NCBI GenBank assembly: GCA_030141605.1
Contig: JAQGDQ010000029.1
Coordinates: 372,001-436,000 of the forward strand
Reading direction: 5' to 3'
DNA: 64,000 nucleotides
Source: Tubiluchus corallicola
Taxonomy: Eukaryota; Animalia; Priapulida
Positions 36,588-50,900 of the stretch are shown piece by piece. The translations under genes were made by a program, and so were the position numbers. The notes below the pieces were generated by a model, which ran no database searches, was not told the DNA's origin, and saw nothing but the letters and a program-made list of their open reading frames with translations. The stretch's first letter is position 1, and each line of letters starts with the position of its first letter.

Positions 36588-39500
36588 ATGCCTAGAGCCA
36601 GGAAAAAGGCAACTCGCTCTCGTCCCCTGCCCAAAAAGCCTGAAGGAGATGAGGGCTCACAGTTAACAGAGAAGCAACGGAGAGAGAAGGTGGAGCTCTT
36701 TATAGCAGATTTCGAAAGAGAAGTGCAAAAAAGGTGAGAATATTAAACAGTTCAGCTATTAATGCCATTACTCATTCCCAGAAGTCTTTAAATCTTAGAG
36801 AATCTGTGTCTAAACATTTGCTTAAAAACAACGCACATTAACAAACTGATATTAGCTACTGCATGACTGGATCTATAAGAAAACATCTAGAGTCTAAAGA
36901 AGGGGATCTAGAGACTAGTCCAGTTAGTTATTGACTTACAGTTCATTGATGTTGCAAAGGGTTTCTTTGAAACATGTTATGAAAGTGACTCATGAAAGAA
37001 GTGAACTGTAGGTCAGTACTGACTGTTAAACTGTACTAACATAAACAGATTTTTAAACTAGAGGAAATTAAGATTTGATTTGTAACAATATAAAACAGTC
37101 TGAAATGTTCAAAACATTCTTAATAAAAAAATAAGTGAAACTGATTTATAAGAAGTTTACAAAGAAATGGTTTTATGTTATAGGGTTGGCGAAATGAAAG
37201 CAGAAGCACTTGCAATACAAAATAACATTTTGTTGAAATACAATGTCGCTGTAATGCAAATTCCCAAGGACATTCAGCAAATGACTATTTCTGAATTCAG
37301 GGAAAAGGGTGGAACGATAGAGTCGGTCCAGACTCACTTGTTAAATGAACAGGTAACAATTTTTTGACATTATAATCATATGCATGCGAATAAAGTTAAA
37401 ATTTCGCAAGCGTACACTGAAATATACGTAATTTTTGTGAGAAGGAACCTAAAGTTGGTGCAGAGACGGTGAGCAGTACTTTGCGAGCTATGGAAGTTAA
37501 ACGATACAAATTTAGCAATACATTATAAACAACGCAATAACGATAATCTATTTTCGGGATGATGTGACACGAAAAATTACTTCGAATGACAAAAAACGAT
37601 ACTGAACTTAAAGTTTGACAGTTTATGCTACAGCAGAAGTCATCACTAATGGTTAAAATTGTTCAACAATTTACTGATTGAGTGGATTCATTGCTGTTTA
37701 TTTAACTAGCCACTCTTTAGTAACTGTATGTATCTTTGTGGCAGGTATGTAGTACAAGAGTAGTATTTAACTTTTTATTATTATTGTTACTACATAACTG
37801 GGAAAATGTACGTAAAATTACCTAACTAAACTGACTGAATAATGTCGTCATTAGCAGGAGAAGGAACAGGAAAATGTTTACATTTTTGCATAATTTCTGT
37901 TCATGAATGGAAAAGCAGTGAAGTAATTTTATATAAAGGACGTCAGTAAATATTGCATATTGATACGAGCATCGATAATCATCGTACATCGCTCTTCGTG
38001 AACATGCATCGTAATGGCAACTTAATAATTCTCAACTCTCGGAAGAAAATTTAAAATATTGCTATCAAATTTTGCATCCTCGACTCCTTTTTAATTGAAC
38101 CCGAGCAGTGCTACATGTTTAATAACTGGATTTCGTTGCTTGTGGTATTTTTTGTGACGTAATTGTAAGCAAAGGTCCTGTTAATTTTGCTGTAACACTG
38201 CTCGGCTATAAATTTTATATAATTTTAATGTAATTTCTCTGTTTGCAGGTTCAGACATTCAAAACAAAGGCCATCCCAGAACAAAATGTAGGAAGTACAA
38301 GAATGAAAGCACAGGCAGCTGAAGGTAGAGCAATTTTGCAGTTTTAGCTTTTTCAGTAACTATCGGTGACTCAATATTTTGCAGTGTCTATGTAGATTAG
38401 TATTGCAGTGATAAGATCTTGCAGTTGTCACCAGTTGTATGCAGATTTTGATGCAGTTCATCCCACTTTTTTCTGGTATGTGAAGTATATTGTCTAGTAG
38501 TTTTGCTACTAATTTAGCCTAGACTATAATCAGTTTTAATTCTAAGTTACAGTTCCTCCTTTTTTCCTATATTCTAAGTTAGTTACAGTGTTGCCATAAA
38601 CATGGTACACGAAAATAAGAAATTTACCAACCGTCCGCTCTGATTGGCTGAAGCATGGATCAAAAAGACAAGTGAACACTGAATCGTGCAATTATTGTAG
38701 CGTAATACCGGCGGAAAACGACCTCAGCACTCCAAAAACTGGAAAACATGTTTGTTTGTGAGAAAACGCTTTACGTGAACCACTGTAAAAATTAATATGC
38801 AAAAAAATACTTATTTGATGTGCATTGCCTTAATTTTCAAGACCGGTAAAGTAATTTTTTGAACTACTGCAAAGCTCACTATCAGTACTACATTACATGT
38901 AATTAACTGCCACAGTGTGCTACTTTTCAGTCAAACCTCTACTGCCTAGTTTGGGACTGCAAGAAATAGTTGGGAGTTAAGCAAGTTTGGCATTATGAGG
39001 TACATTGAAACCCATTATGAAAATGTAGACATTTTGTTTTGCCAAAAATATTGTGGTTAAGCGAGGTTGGCACGATAGGGGGTGGGGGTGGGGGGTCATT
39101 ATAACGAGGTTTGACCATTCTCCAATATCTAAATAATAATTGTTTTTAATAGACTAACAGTTCATTTAGAACACATGCTTTGTTATTCAGTAGACAGTAG
39201 TCAAGAGACTAAGCTATCTGTAGTACATAATAGAGGGAGTAATCCTAGGTTATTGTGTGCTAAAAACATGTGCCCTAAATAAATTTTCAGGTGCAAAAAC
39301 TGATAGAAGATCAGATAAATCTCAAGCCCACTTTGCCTTTACCCTTGCATCTACTGTTTAAGTCTTTCACAGATCATCTACGCAATATGGACTGTCAGTA
39401 TTTTTTGTACATTTTACATTAAATGAGGGAGTGTTAAGAGAGTACCTGTCTTATGTACTGCTATAAGCGTACTATAAGGAAATTAGTGTAACCGAATCTT

Positions 39501-40119
39501 CATTGAAAGTCTGCATAGATTTTCAAACATGATTTGTTTGTAACATCCAAAAATTTCAAGTAATTGTGTCATCTTCGATCGTCCAGACTGAAATACAAGT
39601 AACGAGACCACACCCGTGATTTTGTGTGAACAGTGCAAAACATGGAGCACCAATTTGTCACATGCGTTTCACAGTACAATGAAATCCTTAACTAATAGTA
39701 CATTTTTCTTTCTTTTAGGAAAAAAGAAGCCAGTTGTTGCTTCAGCAAGGAGAAGACCTCCGCGACAATGCCACAGCAAGTTTCAGACTCCAGCGATGCA
39801 TCTGCGAGAAGAGCGCTTCGACACTCCACTTGTAACACCCAAATTCGATCCCAGATTACCAATAACTCCAGCTGTGCGTGGCGTCAAACAAGGTGAGATT
39901 GTGATGTCCATGCATGGCAGTCCTCTAGCCGCTGTATCTACCGACTGCTGCGTAGCTGATGCAAGGGTTCCTATTGGTGACGCTGTACTGCAAGTCCGGG
40001 CAGATATGGATCATAGTGATATTAAGAAAACTGAACTCCCTCTTCTAGATGACAAAGCTAGGAGTAATATCGAACATTTGCAAAGCCTCCTACAAGCATT
40101 GCTAGATCGTCCAAAATGA
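36588..40119 (+). CDS. CDCA8: Borealin (chromosomal passenger complex subunit), 4 coding exons, 263 aa
   Basis: Exons 36588-36733, 37184-37352, 38249-38324, 39719-40119 (GT-AG, phases 2/0/1, 792 nt). N-terminal helix 'REKVELFIADFEREVQKR...MQIPKDIQQMTISEF' matches Borealin_N. C-terminal 'FQTP..DTPLVTPKFDPRLPITPAVR..GEIVMSMHGSPL' matches the Borealin TPxFDxR and SxxGSPL motifs with several CDK (TP) sites. Acceptor AG at 36556-36557 implies an upstream non-coding exon. Confidence 0.9.
38928..39115. mobile_element. Degraded Tc1/mariner-Tigger-type MITE in Borealin intron
   Basis: Ends CAGTCAAACCTC ... GAGGTTTGAC with internal TAA(G)CGAGGTT-like repeats. TA TSD not intact. Confidence 0.55.
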
Positions 40120-40569
40120 ACATTTTTTGCATATTACTAAGCTTTAAATTTCCTTATAAACTTGAACTATCTTAACATTTCATTATTACTGTACTCTTGG
40201 TAGTTTATCAGCATTCTGAGTTCTAAAAAACAGCTAGAATATTCCCATGTTACACAGTTGCTAATTTGTGTTTAATATGTAACTGCACACACACACACTT
40301 ATATATATAATATTCGAGGCTACAGCTCCAATGACTGCACTATTTTCGGCGCTCTACATATCAAACGACTCAACTAATAATGCTATTGTTTCTGAATTAA
40401 TAATGTTAATCCAGAGGTAATATTATAATGAAAAGGTTATCGAAAATTTGGGAGTCAAATCATAATTTGAAACCATTTGAACAGGATATAGCTCAAGTGA
40501 TCCAAATTTCAACTTGGATCAGTATATTTCAGCATTTCCTGATTAGCAACAAGTGAAAAAGCATGTTTG

Positions 40570-40666
40570 AATAAATAAGCTTTTTAGCTCTTAATCTTAG
40601 AGCTAGACATTCATATGATTAATAAAAGTGGTACTTGCAGAATTGTACAGCATTTAAAAATTTATT
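40570..40666. terminator. Convergent polyadenylation signals: Borealin (+, 40570-40575 and 40621-40626) and Reelin (-, 40661-40666)
   Basis: AATAAA hexamers on opposite strands facing each other between the two stop codons. Confidence 0.4.
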
Positions 40667-41166
40667 TTATAAAATATTCTAACATTTATAATGCAAACAG
40701 CCAAACACTGTGGATATAAAAGTATGTTTGTACGACTCGTTTAAAAGTGAATGTCTGCAATACAATGTTAATGCTTTGATAATACCAACATTTATTACTA
40801 TTTTTATTACATACAGTTTTAACAATGCATTTCATTTTCTATTAACAACAATTACTTACATTAGCAAAAATGTATTAAAATATTTTCTTCTAATAATCAC
40901 CATCTAGAACTAAACAATTTTGAAAAAAAATCTTTCACATTTTAAAAACTAAACAATTTAGAAACGTGCAAGATGTTTGTACAGTTGTGCATAATTGAAG
41001 TAGCTTGTACTAGTAAAATTCCTATTGCTGAAATCAATACTGTTACACGTACATCTGTCTGAGAAACAAGGTTTGCTACAAGGTTTTTCAATATTTTATA
41101 GTCAAATATTTGGTTACAAATCTTAGTAATAATGTTGCGAAGGGTGTTTTTAATTTCCATGAAGTA

Positions 41167-41608
41167 CCGTATTTTCCCATGTATAAGAGACCCCTTCAAT
41201 TTTTAGGCAAAAATTCTGGAAAAAAGTTTTTTGGTAATGAATAACTTTATTCATCATAGAAATCATTAAATTCCTCATCACTCTCATCAAAAATATCAAC
41301 TGGAGTCAGACCTTCAGCAATTCCAGCCAGTTCATCATCAGAGGAGTCACTCTGCTCAAAAATGGCATTGTCCTCTGTGCCGTCCATGGCATTGGAGATG
41401 CCACACTTCTTGAAAGATTTAATAATGACCTCTGGCTTTACACCATTCCATGCCTTGAGGACCCAGCTGCAGACTTTTCCAAGGGTTGGCTTTCTTTAGT
41501 GTCACAATTAGTGCATCTTATTGAAGACTTACTCCCATGTATAAGAGACCCCCTATTTTTAAAGTGAAAATTCTGAGCAAAAAAGGGTCTCTTATACATG
41601 GGAAAATA
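41167..41608 (-). mobile_element. Internally deleted pogo/Tigger-family (Tc1/mariner) DNA transposon in probable Reelin 3'UTR
   Basis: TA-CCGTATTTTCCCATGTATAAGAGACCC left end, inverted GGGTCTCTTATACATGGGAAAATA at the right end (terminal bases degraded), extra subterminal copy at about 41534-41552. Minus strand about 41246-41495 reads RKPTLGKVCSWVLKAWNGVKPEVIIKSFKKCGISNAMDGTEDNAIF...DEEFNDFYDE*, a typical pogo transposase C-terminus. Confidence 0.9.
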
Positions 41609-41948
41609 AATATGTAAATTTGATGTTTGTTTTGTTCTTTCATAAATTTTGGATTGAAAATGACCATTCGTGATGATCGAAACATCACTGCCACAATTTC
41701 TAAACAAATGCCATTAACTAGGTTTATCTTATCAGAAGCGTATTTGTTTTTTGCTTATATCTTTGTTTCCTAATTTGATAACTATGAACAAAATAGCACC
41801 TGTTTTGGAATTAAACTGTATTGCTAAATAAAGTGATTGACTTAAGCAAGCACGGGTGAATATAACCAACCTAGGTTTAATAAAATGTTAGAAACCCTTC
41901 AAAGACATTTCATAGTTCTGAAGTGGCCATCTTAATAAATGTTCACTT

Positions 41949-44900
41949 TTAAGCACCTGCACTTTGCTCGTGTCTTCCATTTCGACAACCAGGTGGCGGG
42001 CAATGGTGTGAGTATGGTTGCTTTGCCAAGTCGTGCTCTCTTGTCATCTGGTCAGTGGCAGTGCTATATGTCAAAAAAGTGTTAATTTGTAATACCGATT
42101 ACACACAGATGAAAATGCTCCATCACTCAAAATAAGACAGTAGCTTGTTCTTTTTTATTTAACATGTAAACATGGCAGTAATTATAGTATCTACATTAAA
42201 TTTGATAGAAAGTTATTTGTTGGTGTATTTTTAGCTTTGAACCTTACTAGGACTATTATATGTAAACCTTATTTTGACTGAGCCATGTACTCTATTTGAA
42301 GTGCATAGTTAGTTTCTAAACTTTACAGCAAAACCTCAACAATCTCACCAAATGAATCAACATTACTAAATAAAGTGACATCCAGATGAAGAACTCAAAA
42401 AACTCTACCCGTTTTGAAGTGTTCATAAAATATACTGCGATATTAAAAAGAATCTCTCACGTGCCAATGCTAACTGTTTCATCCATTATGTCACAGACAT
42501 AAGTATTAAACTAATACTTTTAACATAATTAATTGTAAAAGCAAGTTCATTAGTTGATAATTATAAGTGTGACTTACAATCACAGCATAACTGCTTAGTC
42601 ACTAATAATGAACGTATTAATACATACGGTCGAACTTCAAAGTTGTCAACTGCCCACTGGTCACTTCCTGGACCTCCATGATCGGGCTGCCATAAGCGAA
42701 ACTGTACGTTGTACTGCTTAGCATCTGAGAAATTAGTTGAAAAATTATCAGTGACAGTTCTTTTTATAAACATATTTATTTTCCATCACCTTTAATATAC
42801 AGAACAAAATTGATTAACATACCTTAGTATGTAAGTACTCTATTACAAAGTTGATACATTTATGATTAGACATAGATATCCATGTTTTAATAATGACAGT
42901 ACATGAAATGCAAAATGTTAAATTATCGTTTACTGAATCGGCTTGAAGCTTTTATAAATTCCTGTATTAAATCAAAAATAGTTTTATTTTGGTCAAGATT
43001 GAGAAGTGAGTTACCATGTAACAAAGTGTGGATTTTAGTTTCGATGTTTAATTTACTAATATTTACTGGGAGAAAATTTGAATTATACAGGTTAAATAAA
43101 CTTCGCCTGAGCGCCCCCTACTCCTGGCATGTTGCAAACTATTTTGCTAAAATGCAACTAGATACAATTATTTAAAAAAATTGTTTTATATATGTGATTT
43201 ATACATGTGATACATTTTTTAAAATAAACAGAACAAAATGATGATGATGATGTGTCCACATTTTCCCGAAGAACTGACAAGGAGATAACACAGTTACAAA
43301 GTTCATTTTGTTTGTCCGTACCATATTTCAAAAAGTAGTAAATGATTCACAGCAGTAATTACCAAACTAGTTCTCTAAATCAAACAGACTCAGGATGCTA
43401 CCCCATTGTGCAATAAGAAAGTTTACTGAACTTTAAGGTTTAGGGTGTAATGTTCCCTCATGTATAAAAAAATACTAATTATTAAGATCTTGAAGCTCGT
43501 ACAAATTTGAGAATTACCTATGCTTTGGATCATATATTTACAATTATTTCGACACCAATAAAGTCGATGTATTACCATTTGACAAAGAAACAGTGACTCT
43601 TCGCGGTGTTAAGTGCTCGGAAGGCTTTAGGAGACGCAACGTGTTCCATGTTATGCCTCCGTTCAGTGTGTACTGGATGAGAACAGATCTACTTTGATTT
43701 AGCTTGACATTGCAAGCTGGTGATCCGAGTCGTGATCCTATCCTCAGTGAAAATGAGATCTCACTACACAACAAAAAGTTAAAATGCAATTTAACAAGAC
43801 AACTAGAGCAAGCATTATTAATTGTGTTATTATACAGGTAAAAACTACACAGTAAACACCATAGCTTTACAGTAGAATAACTTCTATTAACTTTGTCATG
43901 CTTTATACTGCCACTTTTTTGGCTCTCAATTGTGTGACAAAAGCCAGTAGGTGCTTGAAAAACGAGTTCACATTTTTTGACTTTATAAATTAATAAAGGC
44001 TGTATTTTGAACTGGAATTTAAATTTTTATTGTAGTTGAATTATAAAATTGTCACTTTTGTTTTAAACACATTTAAAGGTTCTAGCACACCTGCCAAAAT
44101 TTTGACTGCAGTTAAGTAATACTCGACACGATTTCTCATTTGACACTCCGCTATCATTAACTGAAGAGCATGTGCAGCCAACTGTCAAGTCACTGATGAA
44201 GCATTTTTAAACACAGCCACACAATCAAAATCATCTGCAAAAATCTAAGTTACTAGCTCACAGTATTTGATATGGAAGCGAAAAATCCTCTTTAACAATG
44301 TGTTGAAGTTGAAAAATGGAGAGCAGCAGAATAAAAAGAAGGTTTGTGATATTAATAACTGTATCGTCTAGCATAGTTAATGAACATATATCATAGCAGT
44401 GATTAACACACAATTAAACAAATATTTGATCACATCAAAATCTCACAAAGCGTTAATTTAATCTAATTTAATCTAAATAATGTTTTATCTCTTTACCCTG
44501 CTAAGGTTGTATCTAAAAGGTTTGTTACAGCTTGTCTCATGCCACAACCATTGAAATACAGATGCTTTCCTTGTCCGTGGGGATAAAGTGGACCACACCC
44601 ACTTTGTCTAGTCGTGCTTCCACCATCCAGACGGGACCAGCGAATATGTGAAATTCCATAGTCAAAGTTTTCATAGAAACTAGTGGCTAATCTGTGATCT
44701 TGATCACTAGGTACGTTTACGTCGCAGGACGCACCTGTTAAAAAATCTGATGAGACAAAAACAGAAAACAACAACAAAACACGTGTCACGTTTTATAAGC
44801 TGCATACGTACTGTCATCTGATGTAATAGTGAATTGAACTAAATTAGCTCAGTTCTACTGACACTGTCACAAAATGTCTATTGTACTTTTGTTCCTTTTA

Positions 44901-47900
44901 AAAACGAATTTACTTCAAAAATTTTTTTGTGGTCTTATCTGCAGTACCAGGGCGCCTGATGTTATATCATTAGCAGTATAAAATATATATATATAGCATC
45001 ACCAATAGTCAAAGAAACCTCAGTGATAGCATAATAATAGCAGTGACATAAACTCAAGTTGTGAGTCGACGAAACATTAAAATATGTGTAGTTGTTCTAG
45101 TGTTACCTCCATAACCATCGTCACAGATGCAAGTTCCGTCTACACAATCTCCATGATTACGGCACATAGCTGGACAGGTAGGACCGATATATACATCATC
45201 TAATGCCCATGATGGCGTATGGACACCGGCTTTACTCTTCTGTCTCCAACGAAATTGAGTGGACCTGCATGGCAAAGACAGCAAATAAGCACAAAACCCC
45301 GCAAAGTTTAGCATGATTAATAACTACAGTCTTAAAAAGCTACCATAATTACAGAGTGTGCACAAATACACCATTTTAATTAATGTCATTTTTTATTATT
45401 TTTAATAACAAAATAACAGACATAGCAGAGTGGTCAGGGTCTGATTAATAAATGGACAGGTGACTCTAATAAAACTTCTCCACAATGTCTCTAGTCATTT
45501 CTCTTAATAAGGGATGGTATATAAACAATACAACACATTAAAGACACAGCTGACAGTTTCAGAATCTCATTCCAAATATTTAGCTTTCATGATAAGCTAT
45601 TTTCCCGCCCTGCCACAACCATTCAACATCAGTGGACCCTATCACTGAAAGCTGAACATCAGCTGTAGAGTATTAACTTGCATAAAAAAGCAGTGATTTA
45701 AAATAAACAAGAACAAATACAAAAACCGTATGTTTATGACGACAATAATGAGAAATATGTTTTGACTATAGCTTTTGACAAAAAATATACACAAGACACT
45801 GATACTGAAATTCTGAAAAATTGAGCCATACCAATAAATAGGCATTTATCTAGGTATTAATAAGCTCCTCCGTGAAATCTGCCACTATAATTAGTATGAT
45901 TCATTGGTTGCCACTAACAACAAATAATCACTATTAGCAAATTAATCACTATTTAGTAAATTTATAAACACACGAGTATTCTTAAATAACCTTACCCTGA
46001 AATTGCACTATGTGGAATTGAAAGAGAGATTCTAGTCCACGATTCATAAACATCTGTGCCATAAACAGATGGAGAATGAAATTCTTCTGGCAAACAGCGC
46101 TTCTCTTCACCATCCGGGAAGCAAGCTGGCTTCACTAATGTCCAACGTTCTGACCCAGGATCAGTTGAATACTCTAGTTTAATGCTGTCCTCACTAATAC
46201 AACAAAGGTATCTCTCCCGACAACCTACAGCAATCTGAACAAGCAGAAACAATAATTTAAGGAAAAGTACTACTGCACACATGAAACGAATACAAGCAAT
46301 TAAGTACAGAAATACCAACAATTCGACTACTTAAGATACTGGTAAACAATCACATGCTGTATGCACAATTCAGAACATTAAATATCATCATTAAATGTTT
46401 AATAAACAAACATCTAATTTCAGGCCTTGAACTGTACCATGTTTTTTAATATGTGATCTTGACCTGCATCATAAAAAATACCTATTAGACTAACCTTATA
46501 TTGCTCCTGTACATGAAACAACCTTACTTAACACCTTATACTAAATAATCATTATATAATTATTTCACATCTAACCATAGTATACAAGAAACAATTACCA
46601 ACTTTGCAAACTTTACTTGTTACATCAGTAAAAGTGCACGTGAAAAATATTTAGTTTTCTGCCATTGGCCATTTTGATATTAAGTGAGAATTCTGACTGC
46701 GGCTTCTTAATACAGCTTTACTTATAAGACCAATAATTCATACTGACAGCAATATTGCATTAATGCACCACAAAGAGATATCACAAAACCCTGTGGACAA
46801 ACTGATCGCCACAATTTTCGGACAATGTATTTTTCCAGTTTTTGTACATTTATAGCTCTTGCAAATTGAACTATGCAGGGCTCAACTGTGCCACTTTTCA
46901 AATACAGGGATGTCAATATTGGAATGTTTTCCCACTTTCCTTAAGAGAACCTAATTCTCCTCCTGTTCTAGCAGTTTTCCAAATAATGCCAAATTATGTA
47001 GTACAGTTGGGTATAATCCTGCAGATTCTGGTGCCTAAGGGAATCTAATTCTCCTGTTCTTACAGTTTTTGAAATAATACCAGATTGTGTGACATAGCTG
47101 GGCCTAATCTCCTAGATTCTGATGCAGATCAATTTACAAAAATTTTGGTTCGAAAGCCAAAAAATAAACACGCAAAACATTCTTCATTACAAGCTTCATT
47201 TTCACTAAGACAGGAGGTAATCAATCATCAAATCTCTGACCTTGAATTGTATCATATAATCCTCATCAATTATCAGTGGTTTTGTAGTGATGCTCTTTTC
47301 GCCTGCATCGTTACCCCATGTCATCGCTCGACGACCAACTGTTGATTCCAACTGGCAATATCCTGTTTCTTCTCGACCACCTGGATGGAATAACCAATGA
47401 TCTCCCGTTTCTGGAACCCTTTCGTCAAAGTTTGACATCATTCTGTCGGGAGGTATTTCACTACCACCTGGCAAATTGCAAAAATTTTTATATTAATCCG
47501 GCTTCATCAGACTAGCTTAGTATTGATAATGGGACTTCCATATTGAATTGGACATCAATATATTAAAACTGCTGCTTCATTTTTTTAACATTTAAGCTCC
47601 TTCCGAGACCATTTCTGTCCTAACAAAGTAAATAACATCAAAGTGGACACCTCTGCTTTGAATCGCCAGCATCAAACAAATCTGCATATCAGGGAGAACT
47701 ATCACTTTCAAAATGTTAATTTGTCTAATTTGATAGGGAAATATTGTGATTTATACAGTGTTTTAGTATTCACAATACAAGGTAATTCCAATATTACGAT
47801 ATACCTATTAAATCACCACGCAGGCTCAAAACTCCTGTTATGAACAGAATGATAGGTAATACACAGCTGACGTTCTCAAACTGCTTTCTTTTTAATTTAC

Positions 47901-50900
47901 TGATCATAATCTAAATTAAAGCAGTTTAAAATTCTGGCATATGAAAATCAGCCAAATTTAAACAAAATTATTATTGAACAAAATGGTCATACAGCAGATG
48001 ACTGCAAAAATATGTGACTATTCCTCAAGCCTCGTTAGATAGTTGTTAATACTTGTCTTAGCATTTAGAGCAAAACAGCAATTTTTATAATGAATTTTTA
48101 ATTTTTCAATGTTTAATTCAAATGTTTCTATTGTAAATTCAATTTAAAAAAATAGACAGCTATACAGATTTCTTGGACCTTCCTAACTTGGAGGTCATGT
48201 GACTGGACAAACCAATGTAAAACAAATAAAAAATATAGCCTATTACTAAATATTAATATTACACAATTATCACATAGTTAATGCTATGCTGTCTAAAAAA
48301 TTACTGTTGATACAAATAATTACATGTAGGATTATAAGACAGGTAATAATTATCTAAAGGATTATAGAAAATCAGATCATACCAATAAAGCAGTCATCCA
48401 CAGACCATGCTGGACGCTGTGTGGATGACAATCGAGGCATTGGCTGCCAAAGTTTGAAGCGCGTGCTTTCTGTCCGAGCTTCAGGTGGGATAGGAATGTA
48501 CACTAACTTTGGTTTCATGAAAGACGCATAGTCAAGTTCTCGTAAAGGACTCCACATAGTGCCTGAAAAAAGGTAAACAAAGAAGCCTAAGGCTAACTGC
48601 TTTAAAATATATGTGCAAGAACAAGACTTGATCCAAACTTTCCACGTCTTAAAATGTTTTAATGGTACACACGGATCTCACACATACCGTGATGCTAGAG
48701 GGCATGCTTACAAGATCAAAAAGAGGGCAATCTCAAGTAGATAGAGCAGAGGATGAGAGATACTTCCTGGGCGTGTGTTTGACGAACGGCATAAGTTACC
48801 CGAAATGTAATCTAAGCCACTAATCCCTCTCAGTTGAAGTACCGATTAGATCAATATTGGCAGCACAATTCAGAAAAGTTTGTTGATCCTAGACTGTCTC
48901 AATGGCAGCAAGAAGTCTTGAGACACAGACCATAATTCTGCCTGTTCTTTTTATATACAAACACAGGTACCAAAGAAGACTGGAGAGATTTATAAGTTAT
49001 CAGCTCAACCTCTATCCTTCTATGGAAATGGTAAGAATAGTGTAGTTCGTTAATTACTTAATTAACTGAGTTTTGAGGTAAAAGCCCTTGAACAAAATTT
49101 TAACTTTTATTTTGACATGTTTATCCTTAATATTCATTATTGTCACTAATTATCAGAGACACAAAAAAAACGCCGCGAAACTGCAATGCGGGAAATCATT
49201 GGGAAAAACTGGTAATAATATGTGAGGGTTCACACTATACAATGGTGACTAGATAATGCTAATAAAAAGAACATTTAAAGTTTTCATGTAGACCTAATCA
49301 TCAAAATGAACTCATTCAAAGGCTTTAGATATATTGCGAAGTTTAGAAACTAATTTTAAATATGATAAAACTTAAATGTGCATTGATAGGATTAGTAAAA
49401 AATTGTAATCTGATGCTACTATACCTCCATCTGTAGAGAAGTGCACAAACACACCATCATGTCGCTTCGTCGGCTGTTCACATCCATAAAATCCTTTCTC
49501 GCCACCAATTTGTACATAACACTGCAGGTAACTATGTAAATACATTATCAAATTAACTTTTGATAATGTTCGATAAACAAAACATAATAAACAGAACCTA
49601 TTTCTAAGTTATTTTCACTTGCATTCTGACAATTTAAATTCTGCTATTTTGATTTTATAATGACATTTTGTGCCTTGGTTTGTAGTGTCATAAATGCATT
49701 GGTTATTTGTTTTGGCTTGATTGCTAGCACTGATAATGACAGATGCTGGTGAAACAATTGCCTGCGCTTAATAAACACCTTGTTATTTCTGTTCTCTAAT
49801 GTTAAACTTGCAACTGTTCAAAGGCAATAACATGCTCTGTTGAGCACAATACTGCTTGCATTACTCAACAATGACCTAACAGTCAAGAGAATCGTCACAG
49901 CAAACAAATATTCTGGCAAATGAGTCAACAAAGTTACTTAACACCTGTTGGTATATTTATTGTCAAACACTTACGACATAGTCATACTTAGAATGTAATT
50001 AAATAGAGCATATGATTAAATAATGGGTTTTTACATTTAATTCCTCGTTTATTGTCCACTTTTTATGATAAATTGTAATGCGCACGGGAATATTTACAAT
50101 ATATAATTGTAGGCTAGAAATACAGTATAAAAATAATAATAATTGTGCTGCCTCTTAAAGCTTTTCTTACCTGGCATCACGTAAGTCCATGTCCGACGTA
50201 ACAAGCTGTCTAACGCCAGTTTTGTTGAAAACTAGAGCGGGATTCTGAACCAATTCGTCACATGGTTCTGTTATGGCACCACCTTGGACAGTTCTCCAAA
50301 GATCTGCATCTGGCTGATCGCCTTGGAAGTTATCTTTGCCTTCATTCTAAAAGACAATAATGTTGCTAGCAAAACGCAGTAAGAAATTTTTCTATTATTC
50401 TTTATTACAGCATAAACTATTTCATTAACAGGATGTCTTTTATTCTATATTTCCTAGCATTTGTTCTATACAAGAATCCAGGCACCAAAACTTATAAGTA
50501 CTTTTTAATGATATGGCTGACCCCAAGTGCAATTAAAGAGTTAACATGTTTATTATTTTACTTTATCATACACTCAGGGAAATAAAAATGCATACATATA
50601 TAAGATAAAAATTATAAAAACTTACAAATGTGCACTAAAATTTATAATAAAAACATAGTAGTAGTGTGGTGGTACGTCTGTTGCATTTTCATAATCGATT
50701 AATCAGATACAAAACTGATCTAATAATCGATTACTAAAATCAGTTTTCAGGTCGTTTTCTGGCATTTCAAAAGGCAGCTGGCACATATAAAACCACATGT
50801 TCATGCTTATGAGGTACCTTCATGTTTAAGCAGTGATGTCAGCACGCTAAGTTACTGCACGAAGCTAGCAAGCACGCTAAGTTACTGCACGAAGCTAGCA

